This document shows, piece after piece, positions 29,207 through 38,930 of a stretch of 64,000 nucleotides of DNA. Position 1 is the first letter of the stretch, and every line of letters starts with the position of its first letter. Below the pieces are notes generated by a model. That model did not search any database. It had not been told where the DNA came from and saw nothing but the letters and a program-made list of their open reading frames with translations. Origin of the DNA: an uncultured bacterium (GTDB taxonomy: Bacteria; Patescibacteriota; Patescibacteriia; CAIQCM01); the NCBI GenBank assembly GCA_963708045.1, contig OY970181.1:643740-707739 (forward strand), given 5' to 3'. The position numbers and the translations under genes were made by a program.

Positions 29207-30964
29207 TTAGGCAACAAATCCTCCGGCTTGGATTTGCCAGAATTTTTTGTAAACCCCGCCGCGTTTTTTAAGAAGTGATGCGTGCGTGCCCTCATCAATC
29301 ATTTGGCCGTTTTCCATCACAATAATTCTATCCATCTTGGCGATTGTGGATAGGCGATGGGCGATCACAATAACAGTTTTTTCGCGCATTAATTCGGCCA
29401 GCGCTTGTTGGATTAGCATTTCCGACTCGGAGTCCAGCGACGAGGTAGCTTCGTCCAAAACCAGAATGGGCGCGTTTCTAAGAATGGCGCGCGCGATTGC
29501 AACCCGTTGGCGTTCGCCGCCCGAAAGTTTCACCCCGCGTTCGCCGACAAAGGTATTGTATCCGTCGGGAAGGCTCACGATAAATTCGTGGCAGTGCGCT
29601 TTTTTGGCCGCTTCCATAACCTCTTTGTCGGTGGCATTAAATTTTCCATAACGAATATTTTCCATCAGCGAACGGTGAAAGAGCATTGGATCTTGGGGGA
29701 CCAGGCTTAAGATATTATGCAAACTTTCTTGCGTGGCTTTGGCAATATCTTGTCCGTCTATTAAAATTTTTCCTTCGGTCACGTCAAAAAATCTAAAGAG
29801 TAATTTAACAACGGTGGATTTGCCAGCGCCGCTTGATCCGACGAGGGCGATTTTTTCATGCGGTTTTATTTTTAACAAAAAGTCTTTAAGGACAGTGCGT
29901 GTTTCGTTGTAGTTAAAACCGACCTTGTCAAAAATAATTTCTCCGTTGTTTGCAGAAATATTTTTTGCGTCAGGTGCGTCCCGAACTTCGTATGGCGTGT
30001 TTAAGATATCGGTCATTTCTTCGGCATCCGAAGTTGCTTCTAGCCAGTCACGAAGCACTTGGCCGATGTTCATAATGGCGCTAGAAAGTTGAACAATAAT
30101 GATTTGAATCATAGCAAAATCGCCAACCGTAAAGCGGCCTTGTTTCCATCCTGAGACCAAATAAAAAAGGGTGACGGTTTCAATGGCGATGACAAAAATA
30201 TCTTGCGATCGCCAAGACATAAATTGCGCCCACCAAACTTTTGTTCTGGCGATGGCAAGATCATTCAAAATTTTGTCAAACAAGTTGATTTCGTGGGTGC
30301 TACCATTAAAGAGTTTGATGTTGTTGGAATTAATTATCGCGTCCGAAAGCGCGCCGGTTGCCTTAGAGTCAAGGGCAGTACGTTTTTTTCGGATCAAGTG
30401 AAGGCTTTTTGAATGAAGCAGGTTGTAGACAAAAATGATTCCGACCCAAAGCAGAAAAACACCGGCAAGGAGCGGGCTTTTTCCGCCGATTAAAATAACG
30501 GCAATCGTCGTCGCGGCAAGAAGCTGGAGAACGCTATAAAGGAGAATACTCATTATTACCGTGTATGAATTGGCTGTGCGCTGAATTTTTTTTACGAGCG
30601 AACCGGAAAAATTATTCGTAAAAAAACGATAAGAGTGTTTCTCGGTTGCTTGATAGAGCGTTGATGTAAGCGAACCAATTGCCCGCGGCGTTGTAATTGA
30701 TTCTATACCCCCCGAGACAGTTCTAAAGATTATTCTTCCTAGGTAGATGAGACAAAGGAAGACGATTAGTTTAGTAAGCTCGGGTGCGCCCTTGATAATT
30801 TCTCCAACGCTAATGATATTAATAAAGCGCTGGTAAATTAACGGAACTAGTGAGTTAAAAGAAAGTGAAATAATGGCGGCTAAGAAAATAAAAAAATACT
30901 GCCAGCCGAATTTCTTTACGGTGTTCCAAAAAAGGCTGTAAACGGTAATACTTTTTGTCGCCAT
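29207..30964 (-). CDS. ABC exporter, fused TMD+NBD
   Basis: GSSGAGKST, LSGGERQR, LDEATSSLD; ATG 30964 avoids overlap with the upstream paralog. Confidence 0.93.
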   Translation of the reverse strand: MATKSITVYSLFWNTVKKFGWQYFFIFLAAIISLSFNSLVPLIYQRFINIISVGEIIKGAPELTKLIVFLCLIYLGRIIFRTVSGGIESITTPRAIGSLTSTLYQATEKHSYRFFTNNFSGSLVKKIQRTANSYTVIMSILLYSVLQLLAATTIAVILIGGKSPLLAGVFLLWVGIIFVYNLLHSKSLHLIRKKRTALDSKATGALSDAIINSNNIKLFNGSTHEINLFDKILNDLAIARTKVWWAQFMSWRSQDIFVIAIETVTLFYLVSGWKQGRFTVGDFAMIQIIIVQLSSAIMNIGQVLRDWLEATSDAEEMTDILNTPYEVRDAPDAKNISANNGEIIFDKVGFNYNETRTVLKDFLLKIKPHEKIALVGSSGAGKSTVVKLLFRFFDVTEGKILIDGQDIAKATQESLHNILSLVPQDPMLFHRSLMENIRYGKFNATDKEVMEAAKKAHCHEFIVSLPDGYNTFVGERGVKLSGGERQRVAIARAILRNAPILVLDEATSSLDSESEMLIQQALAELMREKTVIVIAHRLSTIAKMDRIIVMENGQMIDEGTHASLLKKRGGVYKKFWQIQAGGFVA

Positions 30965-30971
30965 AAAATAT

Positions 30972-32726
30972 TTAAGCAATAAAGCCGCCGGCCTGAATGT
31001 CCCAAAGTTTTTTATAAGTCCCGACACGCCCCAGTAGTTCTTGATGTGTTCCGGCGTCAATAATTTTTCCGTTTTCAACAATGGCGATTTGGTCCATTTC
31101 CATTATCGTGGACAGGCGGTGGGCGATTACAATAACGGTTTTGTCTTTCATTAATTTTTTTAAAGCATCGTGAATCAGCATTTCTGACTCGGAGTCCAAC
31201 GATGAGGTGGCTTCGTCCAAAACAAGAATCGGCGCGTTTTTAAGAATCGCGCGGGCGATCGCGACCCGTTGGCGTTCACCGCCAGAAAGTTTCACCCCGC
31301 GTTCGCCGACAAACGTATTATATCCTTCGGGAAGACTAATAATAAATTCGTGGCAATGCGCTTTTTTGGCAGCGGCGATAACTTCTTTGTCCGACGCGTC
31401 ACGTCGCCCATAGCGGATGTTGTCCATGATTGATCGGTGAAAGAGAAGGGGGTCTTGAGGAACCATACTAATCGCATCGCGCAAACTATCTTGGGTGGCT
31501 TTGGCAATATTTTGTCCATCAATTTTTATCTCACCAGAAGCAAGGTCATAAAAACGGAAAAGCAATTTAATTATTGTTGACTTGCCGGCGCCGCTTGATC
31601 CGACAAAGGCGATTTTTTCATGCGGTTTTATTTTTAATGAAAAGTCTTTAAGTACGTTGCGCGTTTCGTTGTAGTTAAAACCGACTTTGTCAAAGAAAAT
31701 TTCGCCAGAAGAAACTGATAATTTTTTTGCTTTTGGCGCATTGGTTATTTCGTGCGGCGTTTCCAAAATCTCCACCATTTCTTTGGCATCGGAAACCGAA
31801 TCGTTTAAGCGACGGATTACTTGGTTAATACCCCAAAGATTATCAAAGAGCGCTATAAGCAAAGCTTGCAAAAGAACAAAATCGCCAATTGTAAGAATGC
31901 CTTTTGACCAAAAAATCATCGCATAATATAAGACTGTCATTTCAATCGCGACGTTAAGCAAAAATTGGCAGGCAAACATTATGTCGTATGAGTTCCAGCG
32001 AAAACGGCGAAGCAATCTAATTTGTTCGGTTAGTTTTCCAAGAATTGATTTTTCATATTCAGCGCCGGAAAACAGTGCAATATTGTTACTGTTAGTAACC
32101 GCATCAGAAAGCGCACCGGAAATTTCGGAATCAAGCTTAGTACTCCGTTCGTTGTATTTCGCGATCCAGCGGGCGTAGATAAGCCCGCTTAGCAGATAAA
32201 GAATAATCCAAACCGAAATAATTGCCGCAAGAAACGGACTTCGGTTAAAAGAAATAATAATTGTTCCAGTAATGCTTACAAGTAGTGGAATAATTTGAAA
32301 TTTAATGGCGTCGCTTATGTCTTCGTATGATTGTGCGAGGCGAGTAATTTTGCGAATAAGCGAGCCGGAAAAAACATTAGAAAAAAATTTATATGAGTGG
32401 CCGATAGTATAGGCAAAAGATTGGTTAACGATATTGCTCATTATGCGACTATCCAAATGATTGGCAATAAAATTGGCGACCCTAAAGATGAGCACTCTTG
32501 AAACCGCCAAACCGGCGATAATTAACAAAAATTTTATCAAAGTTTGGACGACTATGGTTCTGTCGTCGGGAGCCGTGCTCATGGCGTCAAAAAAACGTTT
32601 ATAAAAAATTGGCGTGATGATCCATTGAACATTGGCGGCAAAAAAACAAAATATAGATATCGCCGTAAGTAAGCGGTATCTGCGTAAATAACCCCAATAA
32701 GTTTGAAAAACTTTTTTACCGGTCAT
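30972..32726 (-). CDS. ABC exporter, fused TMD+NBD (tandem paralog)
   Basis: Same motifs; NBD highly similar to the neighbouring gene. Confidence 0.93.
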   Translation of the reverse strand: MTGKKVFQTYWGYLRRYRLLTAISIFCFFAANVQWIITPIFYKRFFDAMSTAPDDRTIVVQTLIKFLLIIAGLAVSRVLIFRVANFIANHLDSRIMSNIVNQSFAYTIGHSYKFFSNVFSGSLIRKITRLAQSYEDISDAIKFQIIPLLVSITGTIIISFNRSPFLAAIISVWIILYLLSGLIYARWIAKYNERSTKLDSEISGALSDAVTNSNNIALFSGAEYEKSILGKLTEQIRLLRRFRWNSYDIMFACQFLLNVAIEMTVLYYAMIFWSKGILTIGDFVLLQALLIALFDNLWGINQVIRRLNDSVSDAKEMVEILETPHEITNAPKAKKLSVSSGEIFFDKVGFNYNETRNVLKDFSLKIKPHEKIAFVGSSGAGKSTIIKLLFRFYDLASGEIKIDGQNIAKATQDSLRDAISMVPQDPLLFHRSIMDNIRYGRRDASDKEVIAAAKKAHCHEFIISLPEGYNTFVGERGVKLSGGERQRVAIARAILKNAPILVLDEATSSLDSESEMLIHDALKKLMKDKTVIVIAHRLSTIMEMDQIAIVENGKIIDAGTHQELLGRVGTYKKLWDIQAGGFIA

Positions 32727-32728
32727 AA

Positions 32729-33502
32729 TTATTTTTTCTCGGCAATAATAACGCTTGGCACCTGAACAATGCTGTTTATTGTTTCAATTGATTTGGGAAT
32801 TATGGAGGCGAGACCGGATGATGGTCCGCCGTCCAAATTAAGAACGTTGTTCCACGGAACGCCGATTTTATTAATCATCGCCGCGGCTTCGGCAAGGGTA
32901 ACCTCATTGTCTGGAATTATACCAAAATAAATGTTTCCTTGCGTGTCTTCGCCCACAAACGAGCGGCGCGCCTTTTTTTCGGTCGCGACTTTTTGCTCCA
33001 CGCCCGCGGCGATAAGTAGGGGATAGCTTTGGCCGGCTTCGGATATTTTTGCTTCGTCAAATTTTTCTTGAGCGGTGTTGATAATTTTAAACTCTGGCGC
33101 GAGCGCCAAAACGGCGGATTTATTTAATTCATATTTATTCTTGCCAACAATTTGTCCGTTTGTTTTAAGAAAGCCAGTTGGCAGATACTTTTCGTTAAAG
33201 TAAACGCCGTTAATAGCAAAAACGGCCTTGGGATTGGCGTTAAGGTGTCCAAGAACGGTAAGCGGTGCAGAAGTATTTTCAAAACGCCAAACAAAGCCGT
33301 CTTTAGGAAAACGATAAACAATCATTTTGACCAAACATTCTGGTTCGGCGCATTCAAAACGCACGGTGCCAAGACTGGTTTTTTCCCAGACAGCTTTGGA
33401 AACCGGCGGTTTTTCTTGTTTGTCCTTTGTCGTATTTTGTGACGTGCAGCCACTGCCTAGGAGGATTATTGCTGAAATAATCAAAATTTTTTGTATTTTC
33501 AT
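32729..33502 (-). CDS. Phosphodiester glycosidase (NAGPA/DUF2233) family lipoprotein
   Basis: Lipobox LGSGC; AINGVYF, ARRSFVG, LNLDGGPSS. Confidence 0.85.
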   Translation of the reverse strand: MKIQKILIISAIILLGSGCTSQNTTKDKQEKPPVSKAVWEKTSLGTVRFECAEPECLVKMIVYRFPKDGFVWRFENTSAPLTVLGHLNANPKAVFAINGVYFNEKYLPTGFLKTNGQIVGKNKYELNKSAVLALAPEFKIINTAQEKFDEAKISEAGQSYPLLIAAGVEQKVATEKKARRSFVGEDTQGNIYFGIIPDNEVTLAEAAAMINKIGVPWNNVLNLDGGPSSGLASIIPKSIETINSIVQVPSVIIAEKK

Positions 33503-33575
33503 ACAAATCATTTTATCAGAAAGTTGATTAAATTAGTATTCCGTGCTATAATTTCTTAGTAAAATTGAATTTTCT

Positions 33576-35138
33576 ATGAAAAAAAGAATTATCATCGGAA
33601 TTATTATCGCCGTAGTCGCCACGCTCGGCGTCATAATTTTTTATCCTAAAAAAAGCGCGCCGCAGGCAACGATCAAAGTTACGCGCGGCTCCATTGTTGA
33701 AGCGGTAACGGTAACGGGCGCGACCAAGGCGTCGTCCAGTGTTGAACTGTCTTTTGAAACAACGGGACGGGTTACCAATGTTTATGCCAAAGTGGCCGAC
33801 AAAGTTAAAGCTGGTCAGGCGCTCGTCGCGATAGACAAAAGCTCACTTTTGGCGGATCTTGCTCAAGCACAAGCAGGATTGGATTCGGCCAAAGCAAGAT
33901 TGGACGAGCTTAAAAAGGGGACACGCCCCGAAGAAATCGCGATTAGCGAAGCGTCTGTTGCTAACGCACGCGTGGCCTTAACGAGTTCGCGTCTGACGCT
34001 TTTGGACGCGATTAATAACGCCTTTACCGCGGCCGATGATGCTGGAAGAAATAAAACCGATTCTGTTTTTAAAAATCCAGCCAGTTCAAATCCTAAACTG
34101 ATTTTCACCTCGTCAAACGAACAATATGCGCCCGATCTTGAAGGTAAGAAAGTTTCAATGGTGCAAAATCTTGTTTCGTGGAGAAGTCATATTGATGCAA
34201 TCACGAACCAGAGCGATATTTTGGCCGCCTCCGACGAAGCGCAAACTCGCTTAGACGAAGTAAAAAGTTTTTTAAATGAATTATCACTTGCACTTAATAC
34301 TGCCATTATTACTTTTGACGTAACGCAGGAAACCATAGATGCCTGGAAGGCGAGTACGGCAACCGCACGCGCTGGGTTAAATACAGCGACAAGTAGTCTT
34401 TCTGGGGCGGCGTCGGGAATGCGTGGAACTGCGGCCGCTCTTTCTATTGAAGAAGGTAATTTGGCTCTAAAGAAAGCTGGAAGTACGGCTGAACAAATTT
34501 CTGCACAGGCGGCGGTCGTGGCACAGGCGGCGGCAAACGTTGATTCGGTAAATGTTCGTTTAAACAAAACAGTTTTGCGTTCGCCGATTGACGGGGTTGT
34601 TACGCGCCAAGACGCCAAACTCGGCCAGATCGTTACAGTTTCCACTTCTGGCGTGTCAAACTCTGGCCTTGTTTCAATCAGCTCGCCGAATAATTTAGAA
34701 ATTGAGGCTAACATTCCCGAAACGCAAATCGGAAGAATTTTAATCGGCGAAGACGTTGACATTGCTTTTGATGCCTTTCAAGGAAAAGGTTTTAAGGGAA
34801 AGGTTATAAAAATTAACCCAGCGGAAACAATAATTGACGGTGTGGTTAATTACAAAATAACTATTGGTTTTGTTAAGGACGAAGACGTTAGTTTGTTAAA
34901 GAGCGGACTCACTGCTAATTTAACCATTAAGATCGTGACTAAGAACGACATTCTGCTTTTGCCGCAATACGCTATTTTGCAAAACGATGCTGGGGTTTTT
35001 ATCCGCATACCCGATGGCAAAGGCGGTACAACCGATCGCCCGATTGTAACTGGAAGCCGCGATCAAAACGGAATGGTGGAAATAATCTCTGGCGCGACCG
35101 AGGGGGAAGAGGTAATTAATGTCGGATTTAAATCATAA
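33576..35138 (+). CDS. MacA-like membrane fusion/adaptor protein
   Basis: N-terminal TM; lipoyl halves GRVTNVYAKVADKVKAGQ and LRSPIDGVV; long coiled coil. Confidence 0.9.
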   Translation: MKKRIIIGIIIAVVATLGVIIFYPKKSAPQATIKVTRGSIVEAVTVTGATKASSSVELSFETTGRVTNVYAKVADKVKAGQALVAIDKSSLLADLAQAQAGLDSAKARLDELKKGTRPEEIAISEASVANARVALTSSRLTLLDAINNAFTAADDAGRNKTDSVFKNPASSNPKLIFTSSNEQYAPDLEGKKVSMVQNLVSWRSHIDAITNQSDILAASDEAQTRLDEVKSFLNELSLALNTAIITFDVTQETIDAWKASTATARAGLNTATSSLSGAASGMRGTAAALSIEEGNLALKKAGSTAEQISAQAAVVAQAAANVDSVNVRLNKTVLRSPIDGVVTRQDAKLGQIVTVSTSGVSNSGLVSISSPNNLEIEANIPETQIGRILIGEDVDIAFDAFQGKGFKGKVIKINPAETIIDGVVNYKITIGFVKDEDVSLLKSGLTANLTIKIVTKNDILLLPQYAILQNDAGVFIRIPDGKGGTTDRPIVTGSRDQNGMVEIISGATEGEEVINVGFKS

Positions 35139-35141
35139 ACA

Positions 35142-35855
35142 ATGATTAGCGTCGGCAAACTAATAAAAAATTATTCCGATGACGGCGTTACCACGGCGGC
35201 TCTTCAAGGCGTCAGTTTTGAAATAAACGACGGCGAATTTGTTGCAATAATGGGGCCGTCGGGTTCGGGCAAATCAACACTTTTGAATATTTTAAGTTTT
35301 CTTGATCGCCCAAGTTCCGGTAATTACACTTTTAACGGTAAGAAAATTGACGAGCTTTCCGACAAAGAACTGGCGCGGGTCAGGAATAAGCAAATGGGTT
35401 TTATTTTTCAATCGTTTAATCTCTTAAGTCGTTCTACGGTTTATGAGAACGTGGAAATTCCTTTGCTTTACGAACCCGATGTGCCGGTTGGAAAAAGAAA
35501 AGAGTTGGTGGAGAAAGCTGTAGCCTCGGTTGGGCTTGCCGAAAAATTAAATGTTGAGGCGGGTAAACTTTCCGGCGGCCAAAAACAGCGCGTGGCAATC
35601 GCGCGGGCGCTCGTAAATAATCCGTCAGTTATTTTTGCCGATGAACCGACAGGTAACCTTGATTCGGCTTCGGGCGCGCAGGTAATGGAGATTTTGTCCA
35701 ACTTGCACCACGCTGGGCGAACGATTATTTTGGTTACGCACGAAACTTATACTTCAGAATTTGCGCACCGTCTCATTCGTTTAAAAGATGGACACCTAGA
35801 AGCCGATGCACCGATAAAAAACCACCGTGACGGCAAGGATAACTTTATTAAATAA
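35142..35855 (+). CDS. MacB/LolD-type ABC ATPase
   Basis: [26 protein letters not shown]. Confidence 0.93.
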   Translation: MISVGKLIKNYSDDGVTTAALQGVSFEINDGEFVAIMGPSGSGKSTLLNILSFLDRPSSGNYTFNGKKIDELSDKELARVRNKQMGFIFQSFNLLSRSTVYENVEIPLLYEPDVPVGKRKELVEKAVASVGLAEKLNVEAGKLSGGQKQRVAIARALVNNPSVIFADEPTGNLDSASGAQVMEILSNLHHAGRTIILVTHETYTSEFAHRLIRLKDGHLEADAPIKNHRDGKDNFIK

Positions 35856-35861
35856 ATATTT

Positions 35862-37106
35862 ATGAAAGCGTCTGATTCGTTGGTTATCGCTTGGAGGGGA
35901 GTTAAGCACGCCGGAATGCGGTCGTTTTTGACAATGCTTGGTATTATCATTGGCATTTCCTCGGTCATTCTGCTTATGTCCATTGGCCAATCGTCACAAG
36001 ACTATATTCTTGGCCAAGTTGAGGGGATTGGTTCAAATTTAATTTTCGTTACGCCAAATGCGCCTTCCAAAGGCTCTAAATTTGCACCGCCCTCGGCGGC
36101 TTTTGGCGTGGTTATTAAAACATTAAAAGATCAGGATCTTGAAGCGTTACGGCGCGAGCCTTCTATTGATAAGGTTGGTGTGGAAAACCACGGCCAAGCT
36201 CGCGCTGTTTATAATGATATTGACCAGACGGTAACATATACCGGCGTGAATTTTGATTATACACAGGCAGTTAATTTGCCGACCGGTCGCGGAGTTTGGT
36301 TTAGCGCGGCCGATGTTGAAGATCTTAATCACGTGGCGGTTATCGGCCCACAGGTGGCCAAGGATTTTTTTGGGGAGGTTGATCCGCTTGGCAAAGCGCT
36401 ACGTATTAAAAATATTTCTTTTCAAGTTGTTGGAATTTTAGAAAACAAAGGATCGTTTCTTGGCGCCAACATAGACAGTATGGTTTTCTTGCCGTCAACG
36501 GTCGTAAACAAACAGCTTTTGGGTATTGATTATTACGGCGGCTTCGTCGTCAGCGCCAAAAGCGATTACAACATAGACTTTGTAAAAGGGCGGATTACTA
36601 GCATCCTGCGTTCTAACCACTTTATTATCGATCCGAACAAGGATGATTTTATGATGAATACGCAGGAAGAAGTGTTATCAATTTTGGGCAATATTACTTT
36701 GATAATGTCGGTTTTCTTAACGGCGATTGCCGCGATTTCGCTCGTCGTGGGCGGTATTGGAATTATGAATATTATGTTGGTTTCGGTTGTGGAACGCACC
36801 AAAGAGATTGGTTTGCGCAAGGCGATTGGCGCGTCCAATAACGACATTATGGCGCAATTTTTGTGGGAGTCGGTAATGTTAACGTTTTTCGGCGGCGCGA
36901 TTGGCGTTGCTTTGGGTGCGGGAACGAGTTTTCTTGCTTACTTGGCTGTTAATAAGTGGGGCGGAATCGTTTGGACGTTTGCACTCCCGCTTAACTCCGT
37001 GCTTTTGGCGGTGGCTGTTTCTTCGTTTATCGGCCTTGTTTTTGGAATTTATCCGGCACGCCAGGCGGCGCGAAAAAATCCGATTGATTCCTTACGCTAC
37101 GAATAA
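35862..37106 (+). CDS. MacB/FtsX-type ABC permease
   Basis: RSFLTMLGIIIG, GGIGIMNIMLVSVVERTKEIG, YPARQAA. Confidence 0.93.
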   Translation: MKASDSLVIAWRGVKHAGMRSFLTMLGIIIGISSVILLMSIGQSSQDYILGQVEGIGSNLIFVTPNAPSKGSKFAPPSAAFGVVIKTLKDQDLEALRREPSIDKVGVENHGQARAVYNDIDQTVTYTGVNFDYTQAVNLPTGRGVWFSAADVEDLNHVAVIGPQVAKDFFGEVDPLGKALRIKNISFQVVGILENKGSFLGANIDSMVFLPSTVVNKQLLGIDYYGGFVVSAKSDYNIDFVKGRITSILRSNHFIIDPNKDDFMMNTQEEVLSILGNITLIMSVFLTAIAAISLVVGGIGIMNIMLVSVVERTKEIGLRKAIGASNNDIMAQFLWESVMLTFFGGAIGVALGAGTSFLAYLAVNKWGGIVWTFALPLNSVLLAVAVSSFIGLVFGIYPARQAARKNPIDSLRYE

Positions 37107-37121
37107 TTTTTTTGACCAATC

Positions 37122-37150
37122 TTGACCAGAATTTATTTTAGAAGTAATAT
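37122..37150 (+). promoter_or_regulatory. Sigma70-type promoter
   Basis: TTGACC-17 nt-TAATAT upstream of the carbonic anhydrase-like gene. Confidence 0.55.
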
Positions 37151-37216
37151 TCCGACTTCATCTCTAGGGGTGAAGTTTTTTGTACCGTGAAAATTTAGCC
37201 GATAAGGGAGGACACA

Positions 37217-38275
37217 ATGGAAAGAATTGTTGAAGAACTGATCGCGTTAAATGACGGCAGTTCGTTAATGTTTTGCGATGCGGGCGTGCGGGCGCAACGG
37301 ATGCGTTTTCGCGCCAAATATAAAATTCGTACGGTTTGCTTTAAGTGTGGCGACGGACGAATTAACCTGGCGCATATTACCAAAACTCCGCTGGGATTAA
37401 TTTTCCCTTTCCGGAACATCGGCGGCGTTTTTGATATGGGCTGGCCAGCGCTCGCCGAACGAGTCTGTGGAATTGTTCAAAATTCAATTGACGATGGTCG
37501 CTCAAATCTTTTTGTTGTCACCTATCATTTTTCTAAGGGCGATGTTCATCGCGGTTGTCGCGGGATGGGCTATGATAAACAAAAAGGAGTTGATAACGCC
37601 GCTCGTTTCGTTCGTCAACTAGAAGAAGTTTTTGGCTCTGGGCACGAGCAAGTTGACGTGGTGATGGTTGGAATAGAGACGGATGAAGACCTTTTAATCT
37701 TGCACGACCGGAGCGGGGCGAGGGCAATTGCGACGACGGAGGTTATGAAAGACGGCAAAGAATCGGCTGTTTCAATCATTCGTGAGTTGTATCCGGATAT
37801 GGCACCGGAAATGGTGAACTACTTTCTTCATTTGGTTGAGGGGAACGTCGCGCACGTAGAAGAGTTGCGGAAAAATCCGCGCCCGCCCGTGTCGCTTAGT
37901 CATACCGAACGCGTGCTGGCACTTGGGCAGGGTTTTGACTGGTTGCATTCGCCTAATTTCGCCGTCATTGTCAATTACTTTGATCCGATGTTGGACGACG
38001 CGGTTGGTACCGGCGCTGGCATCATCATTAATAATCGCGACGAGGGAAGGATACCTAACGACAATGCCTTGCTGGTTGCGTCAATTGGTTATCGCGAGCA
38101 AGGATTTCAATACAACGCCGCCAAAGCACAAGCTTTTTATTTGGCAAGGTTGGGAATGGAATCTGTTCGTAAGTTTCATCCAGGGAACGAAGGGTTTTTT
38201 CATTCAGTTGTCGGTGTTGTTGATATGTATCGGCGGAAATTGGAAATTCTTCGGGTCAACGGCTTATCGGTTTAG
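37217..38275 (+). CDS. CsoSCA-like (carboxysome-type beta) carbonic anhydrase
   Basis: C44-x-D46-x-R48; YH104FSKGDVHRGC114; VGIETDED; HTERVLALGQGFD; GGAGG RBS. Confidence 0.75.
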   Translation: MERIVEELIALNDGSSLMFCDAGVRAQRMRFRAKYKIRTVCFKCGDGRINLAHITKTPLGLIFPFRNIGGVFDMGWPALAERVCGIVQNSIDDGRSNLFVVTYHFSKGDVHRGCRGMGYDKQKGVDNAARFVRQLEEVFGSGHEQVDVVMVGIETDEDLLILHDRSGARAIATTEVMKDGKESAVSIIRELYPDMAPEMVNYFLHLVEGNVAHVEELRKNPRPPVSLSHTERVLALGQGFDWLHSPNFAVIVNYFDPMLDDAVGTGAGIIINNRDEGRIPNDNALLVASIGYREQGFQYNAAKAQAFYLARLGMESVRKFHPGNEGFFHSVVGVVDMYRRKLEILRVNGLSV

Positions 38276-38284
38276 TTCGCGTTT

Positions 38285-38319
38285 TTCACCCCAACCAAGC
38301 TCGGCTTGGTTGGGGTGAA
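38285..38319. terminator. 16-bp perfect hairpin
   Basis: ttcaccccaaccaagc-tcg-gcttggttggggtgaa. Confidence 0.7.
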
Positions 38320-38387
38320 GTTATATTTTCGTCACAAAGAGTGCACTTTACAAAGGAAATCGGTTTGCGCTATAGTTTTATCTTGAA

Positions 38388-38930
38388 ATGCTAAGACTTT
38401 TTGCGAAAACCTTGCGCACGGGAATAATCACCGAATCTCCCTCAAAGATTCGTGATTTTAATTTAGAAAATTTTGAAATAATCGGCGGCAATATTAAGAA
38501 ACTCGTGGACGAACTTTACGGCGGCCGCGCTTTGCGGATTCGCCACGTGGATGCCGGTTCAACCAATGCGGAAGAACTAGAACTCACTGCACTCGGGAAT
38601 CCGTATTACGACCTTGAACGTTTTGGTTTGTCGTTTACCGCTTCGCCAAGGCATGCCGATATTTTGACCGTTTCGGGTCCCGTAACGCGCAATATGGAAC
38701 ACGCGCTAAAAGTCGCTTATGAAATGACGCCCGAACCGAAGATAGTAGTTGCGGTGGGGGATGGGGCGATAACGGGCGGTATCTGGAATGGATCTTATGC
38801 AATCGTGGGACCGGTTCACGCAGTTATTCCGGTTGACGCAAAAATCCCCGGCGATCCGCCGTCGCCCCTCGCGATAATGAAAGGCTTGCTTTCGGCTTTG
38901 CAAACCGTCAAAGATAAAAAAGATGTTTAA
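38388..38930 (+). CDS. Ehr/hydrogenase-4 small subunit (HycG/NuoB-like) lacking all Fe-S cysteines
   Basis: HVDAGSTNAEELE, YDLERFG, ASPRHAD, VGDGA, IPGDPP; no Cys in 180 aa. Confidence 0.9.
   Translation: MLRLFAKTLRTGIITESPSKIRDFNLENFEIIGGNIKKLVDELYGGRALRIRHVDAGSTNAEELELTALGNPYYDLERFGLSFTASPRHADILTVSGPVTRNMEHALKVAYEMTPEPKIVVAVGDGAITGGIWNGSYAIVGPVHAVIPVDAKIPGDPPSPLAIMKGLLSALQTVKDKKDV

Noticed and set aside
37217-38275. Carboxysome locus
   Set aside because: No shell proteins, CsoS2 or RuBisCO nearby
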